Of a stretch of 64,000 nt of DNA, positions 1 to 11,480 are shown piece by piece (the first letter of the stretch is position 1; the number at the start of each line of letters is the position of its first letter). The DNA lies in contig OZ076409.1 in the NCBI GenBank assembly GCA_964187785.1, positions 59,584,001 through 59,648,000 of the forward strand, given 5' to 3'. The translations under genes were made by a program, and so were the position numbers. The notes below the pieces were generated by a model. That model was not told the origin of the DNA. It saw nothing but the letters and a program-made list of their open reading frames with translations, and did no database searches. Origin of the DNA: Amphiscolops sp. MND2022. Its lineage: Eukaryota.

Positions 1-620
1 TTGAATTTCTTAGGAGAAAGCAATGATATTTTGTTGAAATGAATTGTATTATTCAGTCAGCAGCGGAAGTGAAGAGAAAAGGTATTGTCAGCATTATCAG
101 CAGTCTGAGATGTTATTGTTAGTGAAGTGAGTTTATTGTAGAGAGAGTGGCACTTGAGCATTGTTATATTTTAAGTGATTTTGGTTTCTGGAGAAAAGGA
201 GAATAGCTCCTGTCACCATGTCATAGATCAAAAAGTTTAGGCAGAGCGGTGGAAAAGTTTTATTCATTTTGGCAATTCTTCTAGGAGCTGAAGGGTTCTC
301 TCCTATAGAGATTCTCCGGAAAGTGAGAGTTGATGTTTTGAATAATTAATTAGAGTGTTTCAGAGAGATGAAGGTATTTACAAAATGTAAGAAGGAGTTT
401 AGCATAGTTGAAGATATACTTGAAATATCGAAAAGAAATGATAGAGGTTCTGGTTGAACGTGTTTATAGTTCGTTAGTTCTCTCAGTTGTGTGTTGGGTC
501 CACTTCCAGTGCTACAGAGGCTTTCTCATCGTATTCGTGTTGATCTGTGATTGGCTGCCACATCTGATTAGTCCACGTCTGTCCTGTGAATACTTGAACG
601 AAATTTTGTACATGATTCTT
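1..620 (-). pseudogene. Degenerate minus-strand reading frames, probably a transposon remnant
   Basis: Strong strand skew (G/T-rich on +). Interrupted minus-strand frames such as ...RRISIGENPSAPRRIAKMNKTFPPLCLNFLIYDMVTG...; no domain recognised. Confidence 0.25.
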
Positions 621-1467
621 GAATCATGACATCGAAAGATTGAAATTGAGCAGTAACAATTTCATTATCCTTGTAACTAATTTTTTATAATCGTTCTACC
701 AATAAATGCTAAACCAAAAGCTGTTCAAAATCAAGACCCTGTTATTTCAACAATCAAACACAAAATTAAGTATTTTAATAAGTTGGGTCTCAGATATTTT
801 CTAAAAAAGTCACATTAAATACATAAAATAATTCTGTCGGTGTCACCTTCAATCTCGGTCCACTTCACTGGAAAACATTATCGAAACGCGAAGAAAATTC
901 CCCACAACAATGCATCGCTCATTGATCCTCCTATTGAACATGCGCAATAGACTGCAGTTTCTTTCAGCAGGTCCAATTACGACAGCAGGTATCATGAATC
1001 GCAGGATTTTTGAGATTGAAAACACTTCTAGGACAAAATCATAATTTCATTACCTTTTTTATTGGGCTTCCTGTTTTCGTATCACCGGTGAATTCACACT
1101 ACTCCCGACAATTATCACAGCTTTCATGAAGATTTTTAAGAACTTTTGAAAATTTTAAGATTCATTAGCAGCGAGAAACCATCAATACTGAAAATTCGCA
1201 ATTGGTAATCGCTATATGGACTTACAAGTTACCAGAGAAACATGTGTATTTCAGACCCCCTTTCTCAATGGCTATCGACTTTCTCTAAATATAACACCAA
1301 TAAACAACAATTAAGCGAGCTTTCGCATCAATTTTTTAGTCCGCGTTTTCGGAGAAAATGCAAGGCTGTCACAAAGACTAGTTTTTTTTCTCCAGTAGCT
1401 AGGATCCGTCTACTTTCACGAATCATAGATGGAGCAACGATAAAGTAAAAGGCCAATTTGTCTAGCC

Positions 1468-1925
1468 AGCACGCTATATCCAATTTTTAGATGTTATATA
1501 CGAAGTAAGTTGCGTTTCAGGAAAGAGGCTCAAAAAGCACTCCCACGTGACCCAGCACGCTATATCCGAACCTTTAACCTTATATCCGAAGTAAGTTGCA
1601 TTCTACTAAAGTGGAGGTTCGAAAATATTGCGATATAACCCATTTTTTTAAGACCACAAGCGTTTGCGAGCTTGAAGCTTCTTTTTCGGCACTATGAAAC
1701 TTTTTCCCGACAAAAACTTTCAAAAAATAATTTTGAGAAAATGGTTTTGTTTTCAGTTGGGAGCTGGTTTTCGAATCTTATTCGCATCCTTTCAGGTATT
1801 TTTCGGCACTGAGAAATTCATAAATTTTTAACAATAGTGTCAATAATAAAGGCATTTGCATAATTAAGAGACTTGGTTTTTTGAAACTCGAGCGGGGCGC
1901 CGACTTGGGCTGTGCCCAGCTTGTT
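1468..1925 (-). mobile_element. Helentron/HINE-like interspersed repeat copy (partial)
   Basis: Ends in ggcgccgacttgggctgtgcccagcttgtt, the reverse complement of the family terminus at 8633 and 54883. Duplicated internal cagcacgctatatcc...gaagtaagttgc motif also seen at ~7925-8010 and ~55140-55195. Confidence 0.55.
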
Positions 1926-2652
1926 CTAGTTTAAGAAAGTGAAATTGTTCGAACCAAAATATTCGAAGCACAAATCAGGAAAATCCATGCAGGTTTTTAT
2001 TAATGGGGAGGGAGTTAGAAAAGCCGTTCTGTTGGAACCATGAACAAATCTTTGCTCTCGTATATGAACGCATGATTTCAAAGGCACGCCTGTTTGGACC
2101 ATTGAAAGCAATTTTGAGACTGTTGATGGTGAAAAAACACTTTCATTCACAGCAGCTTTGGACAAAATTTGATAGTAATTCGAAGATTTACATTACTTGA
2201 ACGCGCACAACAATGTCTGCGCGGACTTGGTAAATAATTTACAAAGCACGCAGCTTTCGCTTTTGAATACACCATCATTGTAATAATGTGTTTGTTATCG
2301 AAACGATTGGTTAACCAGTTAAAAATGACCGCAAAATAATTCAACGACCTATCAATCAGTCTCTCACTGAAATCCTTTTAGATACATAACAATGCTAAAT
2401 ACTTGCTCAAAACAAACTCTAGGGTACCAAAACTTATCGAATTCACAAACGAAAAAAAAACAGAAGATATCGAATTCACAAACCTTTGAAACGCAATAAA
2501 ATTCTATATTTTTTGAACTTAATTTTTCCTGAAATTTTCCCGTTTATTCTCTCCTGAAATTTTCCTATTTATAGCGCTTTTCGTGAGAAAAGTCCCGATT
2601 ATAGCAGTGGCTTTTAAAGATTAGCGAACTGACGAATTTCTATGTGCATTTG

Positions 2653-3253
2653 TAGTCGGCGTTTCACAAAGTGAAACGCGACTATAATAGTGGCTTTTTT
2701 TACTCGTTTTACTTATAGTAATAGTAATATACGTATAGTATAGTTTTACTTATAGTTAGGGGGGACCAACAATAGCACTAACAAACGTTTTTATAGCGCT
2801 ATTAAATAGCACTCAAAAAACTTTAAAATAGCACTAAAAATAGCACTTAAAATTGATTTTTTTGTATTTTACTCGCCCAAAATTTAGAAATTAATTCTCC
2901 GTTTGGTAAAACACGGAATTCCGATGGATATTTTTGAGCATAAATTGAAGATTTCTCATGCTTAGTAAGCGGTATTTTAGGCATAGTTGATCTTAAAATA
3001 CAACAAAGATGAGTAGGCGTGTTATATTTATTTGCTTTATGCATTCAAGGTGTCCAACAAAATAAGTAGTAAGTAAGTGTATGTTTATTTATCGTGTGAA
3101 ATAATATTGGTTTTCAGGCGACAGACAAAATAGCAATTAAGTTCAAAATGTAAGAGAAAATAGCATTTATAGCATTAATAGCATTTATAGCATTTGGTTC
3201 CCCCTACTTATAGTATAGTAATAGTCTCGTTTTACTTCATGAAGCGCCGACTA
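2653..3253. mobile_element. Short element with two inverted palindromic tagtcggcg ends (HINE-related), interrupted by a hAT MITE
   Basis: tagtcggcgtttcacaaagtgaaacgcgactat at 2653 and its approximate reverse complement atagtctcgttttacttcatgaagcgccgacta ending at 3253. Confidence 0.55.
2757..3206. mobile_element. Non-autonomous hAT MITE (450 bp)
   Basis: TIRs taggggggaccaa / ttggttcccccta; perfect 8-bp TSD cttatagt (2749-2756, 3207-3214); subterminal atagca repeats. Confidence 0.85.
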
Positions 3254-3286
3254 ATTATCTCATTAAAGTAACTGAAGGCTAATGAA

Positions 3287-4113
3287 TAGGATCTGCAATT
3301 TTTGGCGGCGCCAATTCCCGCCAAATCGCCAATTTCAGACATATTGGCGCCAAATTTAACAATGATTTGTTTGTTTAATCTAAGTGCTATTTTGATAATT
3401 TCAGGTTAGTTTTGTGTTTAAAATGTCAAGTGAACATCGCACATCCCTTGCAACTTTACGAAGTCGAGTTTCCAACCATAATTTTCTTACAATTCTGAAA
3501 TGTGATGACGCTTCCATTCAAGTTTTATGCACCTATTGCGGAAAATCGTTTACAGCAACAAGAACGAATCATGTTGATAGCCATTTATCTGGATCAGCTC
3601 ATGAGAAAGCGGTCAGACTCAAGGTAAGAAAACGAAAATTTTTCATAAAATTCTTTTTTTTTACAATCTTAGAAATAAGCAAAAGCTGGGACACAGATTT
3701 CAGAAATAACAGCATTTTTGATTGATTTATCCGAAACAGGAAACGAGGTTGCCGTTTATCTATCTACAAAGTGGCAATATCTAATCGAGAAAAACCAGGG
3801 ACTGATAAAGACTATTGCCCTGTGTAGGGGGGAAGGTGTAGAAGAGCCCTCAGAAATTTCGATTTTTGCATTTGCACCCTGCACGTCTGTCGAAATTGAA
3901 CGTTTCTTTTCGGTCGTGAAATCGTTTTTGACCGACCGAAACAATATTCTTGAAGAAACGGTGCTAAAACTATTGTTCATTCAATACAATAAAGCAAGAT
4001 TTGAATAAATTTTCTTTCCGCCAAATATTGTTTTAATTTCGCCATTTTGAGACATTTCCCGCCGAATTTGGCGGCCGAAAACGGGCAAATCCCGCCACTT
4101 TTTGCGGATCGTA
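3287..4113 (+). mobile_element. Internally deleted hAT transposon (CGGBP-like zinc finger plus hAT dimerisation domain)
   Basis: TIRs taggatctgcaa / ttgcggatcgta; 8-bp TSD ctaatgaa (3279-3286, 4114-4121). ORF 3414..3725 has CTYC...H.....H; ORF 3718..4008 has APCTSVEIERFFS...LFIQYN; ccgcc subterminal motifs. Confidence 0.88.
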
Positions 4114-4652
4114 CTAATGAACCTTCTGCAACTGCTTCCAGTGATAACCATGGAATTAAACTTTCTCAGGTGTGTGCGTTGTTATAACACCCTTGAAACT
4201 CGATTTCGCAAAAATTGTGTCATTCACTACCGTTACAGAAGAAAGAGAAAATATAACGTGTACAATAGACGGGTGATCACAACTCGCCAATCATTATCGC
4301 ATCGCAGCAAAGAGATGGAAACTTCGTGAACTATGAAATTGACGAAAAACCCAAAATTTCCTACTAAAAATAGAGGTGGCAGAAAAGAGACCTTCAGGAG
4401 TTTTATACTTTATGAACTTTTTCTCCAAGGGAAACAATTAATCTTAAGATTATTTTATCTTCTAGACAAGACAGAGACTTTTGTAGACAAAAAACTTGAT
4501 AATTTACCCTTCGCGTCAACGCTAAAAACTACTGAACAGAACAAAATATTGAGTGGGCAATAGAAGATGCTTAAAACTCACTCAAAAGCGACAATAAAAA
4601 TCAAGTATTGAATTGTAATAATGAAACTTTTCACCCAAGGATAAGTACTTTG

Positions 4653-4718
4653 GCGACAGTTTCTCATGTAAAAGTAAAACTTGACGCGACAGTTTCTCAT
4701 GTAAAAGTAAAACTTGAT
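4653..4718. repeat. Local 34-bp tandem duplication
   Basis: gcgacagtttctcatgtaaaagtaaaacttga occurs twice in succession. Confidence 0.8.
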
Positions 4719-6127
4719 GCAGACTTGACACAATAAAATTCATCTAGGTGCCTTGCCGCATTAGATTTATTAGCGGCAGAAAAAATGCATTTACATGTCT
4801 AGAGACAGAAAATTTTCGGGACATATTGGTCAAATGATGTTTTCAAGAAAAACAAGAAATATCCGAGAGAGCTAATGTGGAAGCATAGCAGGATTTGAAT
4901 TTAGTTACTCAGGATGAACTAGGCTCATTTCGACAGTCAACTGAATTCCTTGGTGTCCAGATAATTGCTAGCTGATATGAGCAAAAATTTTGCTGCAAAA
5001 TTAATGGTAAATGAACTCCTCGAAGGCTCCAATGCTCGAGTTTGTAATTTTTTAGACTCAACATGATTCAAGTTGAAAAACAGTCCTATAGTTAACAGCA
5101 AGATAAGAATTTAGAAATTGTAGCAAACTGTACATGTAGTAGCAAATAGGCCCTAATAGCAAATTGTCTTGTAGCAAATGTCTCACAGTCGTTCATTTAA
5201 CTCCAATTCATTTAGTTGATAGTGTCGCACACTAATAAGCCATTTAGAAACAAGACTTTGAAGTCTGCCAACTTCTTGTCTCAGCTGCTATCATTCATGT
5301 TAAAAAGTTGCAACCTCTGATAATAACCGCTGCTTCCTTGCAAATACAGAATATCACAATGAAACAGTTATGTTTGAAGTGGCCCATAGAAACTGTCGAA
5401 CATACCGAAATTAACAAACTTCGAAATTCAGAAAACAATTGATTGGAAAAGGAGTTTTGAAAACGGTCGCTCCAACAAAAATCGTGATACCATCATCCAT
5501 AACGTGTACAAATATACTAGCCAGACGACGCCACGCTTAAGGCTTGAAAAGCGGAAAGATCCAAAAAAATCTGAGGTAGCGCCCTGTAGCCGCGGGAAAT
5601 GCTTTTTTGCAAGCATCAAAAAATTTTGGAGAAAATTTTCGAGAAAAACTATTTCAGTATTAGTCACACATTGCCAAAAAATATTAAAAAGGGACCCTTG
5701 AGACTCGAAAAACGTCTTTTCCGAAGTTAAAACAGGGGAAAAACCTAAGAGTTGCCTGTGGTGAAATTGAAATTTTTCAAAAACAAGGAACAGTGCCGAG
5801 AAAACTTTTTCTGTTTCGTGGGAGATGTAAAAATGAGAAAAACTTAAAGGAATGATACTTGAGGACCTGTGAGTACACTTTAGTTCTTCGCCTAGAACAT
5901 TGTAAGAAGTAGGCCTTTCAGCGTGGAAATTGTCATCTTACAAAGACAAGCTGGAAAACACACTGTGCATGTGAAATGAAAACCTATCAATTTCTCAATG
6001 CCGAAAAATACCCCAAGAGATACGCATAAGTGCCGAAAACCACTTTTTCCCTCAACTTGAAACAGAAAAAAATCATTGTGAAACAAAGTCTCATAGTGCC
6101 GAAAAATGAGGTTTCAGCTCGCAAAAC

Positions 6128-7290
6128 CAGGGCTGTCATATTGTTAGTTAAAAACGATATTAACATGTTAACATGTAAATTACACAAAAGTAGATGTAAA
6201 TAACAGTAAAATTGTAAAAATCAAAATCTTAGTCTTTGTTCAACTGCTTGAACAAAAAGGCCATTTTTCCCGCTTTTTCAACTCCAAGAGAGCTGCGTAG
6301 CGTTCCATATGTCAAGCCTAGGGTTGAAAAGTAGCGCTCGAGTCCTGCACTTGAGGCTACGGCTGTGACAATAGAGCAGGCGATTTGAACCAACTTCGCA
6401 GAAAATCCAAATTTTATGCCACCTTTCCACCAGGCATCTGGTGAGACATTTTTGTAGTACTCGCCAAACAGAGAATCATTATATGGCTGTACCTTCCCCA
6501 TATACTTCACCAGGTCTTCCATCAATTCTGTTCCACCAAAATTCTTGATGTAGTCAACGGCAGACGCAGTTTCGACGGGATTCATATCATTGCCATGGAA
6601 ACGAATCAGCATACTGAATTGGTGCACTCGACAGGACATTCTTCCAAATGGTGAACGTGGCTGATAATGTGCATTGATCTGATTGGAGAGTGTCAAGCAT
6701 TACACCTATATTTTTGACTTTCTCTTTTTCTTGCTCGTAAACTTCGTCTAAAAGTTCACCCGCTAGTCTTCGGCGATCAGGGATAACAGCTCCGGGCTTC
6801 ATTTTCTGCACAAAATCTTTAAAATTTTTGTTCGCGGCGGCATTGAAAGGTGTATTGGTGGCGACAAAATAGCGCACTAGAGAAAGATCCATTTCATGTT
6901 GTTTGGATTTTGATATGCAAATGTCCATAGTAGTCTGCTTCAAGACCTTAGAGGGCCCAGGTCCGTCTACTTGCTGAACATCTTCATCGTCAGGTTTTGC
7001 TGCGCATTTCTTCAGATGAGCTTCCAGTCTAACAGGATTATTCACAATTTCCGTATTGCAAGCCTTGCATTTCCCTTTTTTAACACCATTAACAGTAACA
7101 GAAAGAAATTTATCCCACACCGGCTTTTTCGCTGGAGGCATTTCAGTGATCTGAAAAAATACAATAACACCGAATGATGAAAATCCAAAAAAACCTGTTA
7201 AAATCGGATGTTAATTTCAAAACATTCATGTAAATAACATGTAAATTAAAGGCTTGTTAATAACACTATGTAAATAACATGACAGCCCTG
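6128..7290 (-). mobile_element. Internally deleted hAT transposon (BED finger plus C-terminal dimerisation domain), nested in a HINE-like repeat
   Basis: TIR cagggctgtcat at both ends; 8-bp TSD cgcaaaac (6120-6127, 7291-7298). ORF 7141..6587 has VWDKF...CKAC...HLKKC and TPFNAA; ORF 6696..6229 has WW...ASSAGLERYFS...RSSL. Most of the DDE core is missing and there is one frameshift near 6590. Confidence 0.9.
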
Positions 7291-7766
7291 CGCAAAACTA
7301 CTTTTTTTCAAGTTGAAATCAGCTATGAAAGCGAGGGGGTACCCTTTGACATTAAAACTTTCGGAAAAAAAAGTAAACAGGTCACATCGAGACTCGGCAA
7401 ACATGTTTCCTGAGCAGAAAACCTCAAAAAACCAAAAAATTGTAGAGAAAAACAAGGGAGTTCATGTTTGAAAAAAATCTGAAAGATTCGCATAGTGCCG
7501 AAAAAACTTCTGAAGGGCGTTTCTTTCGGTCAACCCCCCCCCACCCCAACTTTTAGACTCGAACTACAGTACCCCTGATTCTCAGACCTCGCCACCAGGA
7601 CGAGAAATCCCCATTAACCACTAGGCCAAGAGGCGGTGAGAAGCTACTCGAAAAATGAAGTTTTCGTAGAACTATTTTGGCTAGTTCAGGTGTATCGAAA
7701 AAAATGACGAAAAGCCATGACTTTAGTCACTCTTTTCTAAAGAAAAGCGCCGACTAAAATAGAAAT

Positions 7767-8510
7767 GAACAAAACGGGAACGTCTCAAGTCGGCGCTAGA
7801 CCTAAGGCTTGAAAAGCACAGTTCTTCAAATATTCTCAGGACGTTTTTTTGTCACAAAAAACTCACAAAAAATGTCGAAACATTCAAAGGGTGCCTTTCG
7901 TGCTCAAAAAACGTTCCGGAGGTTCGTATATAGCGTGCTGGGCCACATGGGAGCGTTTTTTCCGAACCTCGGCATCCTCCTGATTAAAGCGCAATTTACT
8001 TCGGATATAACATCAAAAAATCGAATAGTATTGAAAAAATATCTAGGTATATATAGGATATATATCAAGAAAAATATGTAATTTCAGACGAAAAATGAGA
8101 ATTCAGAAACCGTCTCATAGTACCGAAAAATTCAAAAGCCTTTTTGGGCCATTTTATCATCCAGTTGGTTGCAGAAAATCAAAATAAACAAGGAAGGGGC
8201 CCTTTGGCGACATTAAAAACTTTCGGAAAAGTCTCACAATGCCGAAAAAACAGTGAAAACAGTGAAGGGGGACACCCTTTGGTGCAGTAAAAAAAATTTC
8301 CAAAAAACATAGTGGCGAAAAAAGTGGAAAGGGGGACCCTTTTGCTCAGGAATGTTTTTGTATTTTATTTTAGAAGCTTTGGATGGGTTCAAAATCAAGT
8401 ACTAAGTACTTATCGTAAAAGTGCACCGAGTGCACTAGTTCAGGACTCAGGACGTTCAAATAAATGTCCAAAGAAATGCGTCTTTTCATTGGTTTGGAAA
8501 GTGTAGTAAC
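7767..8510 (+). mobile_element. Diverged Helentron/HINE-like repeat copy
   Basis: Starts aacaaaacgggaacgtctcaagtcggcgct; contains ggggaccctttg subrepeats and gtctcatagtaccgaaaaa motifs shared with the 8633 copy. Right boundary approximate. Confidence 0.5.
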
Positions 8511-8632
8511 TGAGAAAAAATGATCGCGTTAAAATCCGCAAGGGACAAAATAATTTCTCATTACAACTTTCATTATAGTTAAATCATTTGACCTTGAATG
8601 CATGTAAGTTTTTAAATCTATATTTAATCCTT

Positions 8633-9275
8633 AACAAGCCGAGAACGGCCAAAGTCGGCGCTATATCTAAGGCTCAAAATTGTAAAAGGGGGGACTCTTT
8701 GGGTTTTGTGAAACTCCAGCTGGTGGCAAAATATGAAAAAAAATGAATTGAACAGTGTCGCAGTGTCGAAAAATGTAAAAGGGGGACCCTTTGGGCTTTG
8801 TGAAACTCCAGCTGGTTGCAAAATATGAAAAAAATTGAAGGGGGGACCCTTTAAGGACTGAAAAAAATTGCCCAAAAAAATTTTAAAATGTGATTTTTGA
8901 ACAGTGTCACAGTGCCGAAAAATGTAAAAGGGGGGACCCTTTGGAATTTTCTGACATCCATTGTGTTTCAAAATATCGAAACAAATAAAGGGGGACCCTT
9001 TGGTGCAATCCAAAAAGTTTCAAAAAAGTCGCATAGTGCCGAAAAAAAGTGAGGGGGGAGGCTTAGGGGAGATCGTTAGTGTGTTGTCGAGGTTTTGTTT
9101 GTTTTGTTTTCTTTTTCGTTTTGGACGCGCTTCTTAGGTTCGCCAAGTTGTTGAAGAAATGAACTGAACAAAATACAAAAAGAAAAGACAGAAAGAAAAG
9201 TGGCACTTTCGTGTCTAAAAAAAAAACTACCCACTGTAATAGTCGGGCACATTTTCTACTAAAATGCGCCGACTA
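8633..9275 (+). mobile_element. Intact Helentron/HINE (DINE-1-like) non-autonomous element
   Basis: One end has a small stem-loop followed by the subterminal IR agtcggcgc. The other end is the palindrome tagtcgggcacattttctactaaaatgcgccgacta. Internal tandem subrepeats aaaaatgtaaaagggggaccctttgg; A/T flanks; no TSD. Confidence 0.7.
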
Positions 9276-11480
9276 AAAATAGACTCTGTGGTCCCACGGC
9301 CCTATCTTGAAATCTCAGAGGATCTACTAGAAAAAAGAGGGTCTAATTACGAACACTTTCTTGTAGTTTCCTTCGTAACATTAGAAACCTCAAAGAGTCA
9401 TCCGTCATAAATCTGAACCAATTTTTGACAATCCGCCTTTATTAAACCTTCTTAAATTATTTCACGTGAGATTTTCCTTGGATGCTAGGTAAACAGAACG
9501 GATTGGCAAAAGATAGTTTTCTTTTTCAAATCTAAAAACAGCAAAAACATTAATCAAAGTAAGTCAACTAACAATCTACTGTCTACGAAACGGATGATAA
9601 TGAGTTACAACTAGTAATTAACCAGGTAATCAATAATAATTAACCCAGAGATAGAGACTTAATTCGTCGATTACAATTATTGAGGCATCGTACACATCTA
9701 TTGGATATTCATTGCATAGGTACCAATTTCAAAAGGAGTGAATTGCGAAGTTAATCAAATCGCTTCATACGGTACGGTATTATTACACATTGGAAACGAG
9801 GCCTCAGTTATTGTAGAAAGTTTCATTTGAAAATCATGAAACAGTTGTCAATTTTTGTATGCAATATATTAATCAATGGCATCGATGATCTTTGCTCAGT
9901 TTCAAGCGATCAAGAAATGAGCTGGAAAAGAAAAATCAAAAACTCATTTTTCCAACAGCGATTGCTTTGCTGAAATGCAAAGACGTTTTTTACAGGGAAA
10001 AGAATGTGAAGCCGATAATTTGGACCTTTATATTTGTTAAACAGAGCTTTAAAAAAGTGGCTGCTGAACATCGATACTAGTACATCGATACTGATACAAA
10101 TGATTACCATCATTAATCGAGAAATCAATCAAAACCGATTACGGACATCGACCAGTGGCGTCTTTGCGGAAAATGTTTCATGGGAAAGCATTTAGCTTCA
10201 TAAGACGGTTCATCAAAACAAGCTTGATCTACTGAGCTGTGCGAGCATTGGATATTTTCAACCTCAACCACTTGAGTTGCTTTTAGATTTTAGAAAATTC
10301 AAACTAAATTCAATTTCTCCTGAGGAAAGAGGAGGCCGATCGCTTGATCACCTTCCTATGAAGACGCAACTGGTATGGAACAATGATCGAGAGACAGAGC
10401 GAAAAAGAGACAAGTGAGGTTTCGGTCGAGTGAGAACATTGTACAATTTTAGGTCATGTCACATGAGGTCAGAGTGCGGCGGTGGCGGATTGGGGTCAGA
10501 ATGGGAGACACTTCGAGTCAAAGTTCGAAGAGAAGAAGGCTATGTTGTAGCACCGAGAAAGGATTCGAATGGAGGGAGAAAGACTACATGTACTTTCTAA
10601 TCCAGGGTTGCTTCGGCTCAAAACAAGGTGAGTACAGTCAGTTGAGTTGAACGAAAAGTAATACGAATGCTAGGTAGTTCCGACGAGGCAGACAGACTGC
10701 TAGAAAGATGTGACATGTGAAGCCCTAATTTTATACTAAAATTCGCGTGGAAACAAACCCACTTAATGATTGGTAACAGTATAGGTTATAATAGAACGTT
10801 GAATTGAAAATCAATTTCTGTACCGAAGTTAAACAACCTTGTTCGCATCCATCGTAGTCTTCAAATTATGACCGCACTGCATTATATGATATTAAAATGC
10901 CTGTAAAATGACAATAAAATATACTCATACTACTATAAAAGGAAAAGAAAAACAACTGAGTTGAAACTATTTACAAAAGAAGCCACCGGGTAGAGAACAC
11001 AGGGCAAAGGGCGTCATTGGAGATGAAAGATGGTACTTTTAACTAACAAAAATTATGCGTCCACGATACTTCAAACGTTTCCAAAATCAACTCTCCTCCC
11101 GAGTATCAACCTCATTTCGGAACCTATTCTTTCGATTGAGTCAGTTTAAACTTTGAGATGACAGTTTTCAAATTCATTGATTGAAAACTTCGCAATAATA
11201 ACCAATGGAAAACCTCAATTCCAATATTTTTATCAGAGTCCAAAATTTTAAAAAACAAATCAGGAGTGTTCGTAAATATAAACGCTAGTTTCAATCAGTT
11301 TAACCCAGAAAGATACGCACTTTTAAATTTTTCGGCACTGTGAGACTTCAACGAATGTACCAGTTGCGGCAAAGCTTCCACATTGGTTATTTACCCTTGT
11401 TATTCATATATTTTGGAAGAGTTTGGAAACAGATGTTTCATATTATACAACCTTAGTGCCGCTCCCTTTGCATGTTTGGG

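Noticed and set aside
8624..9013. 129-aa ORF with repeated KGPPF
   Set aside because: Translation of the ggggaccct subrepeats of a HINE-like element.
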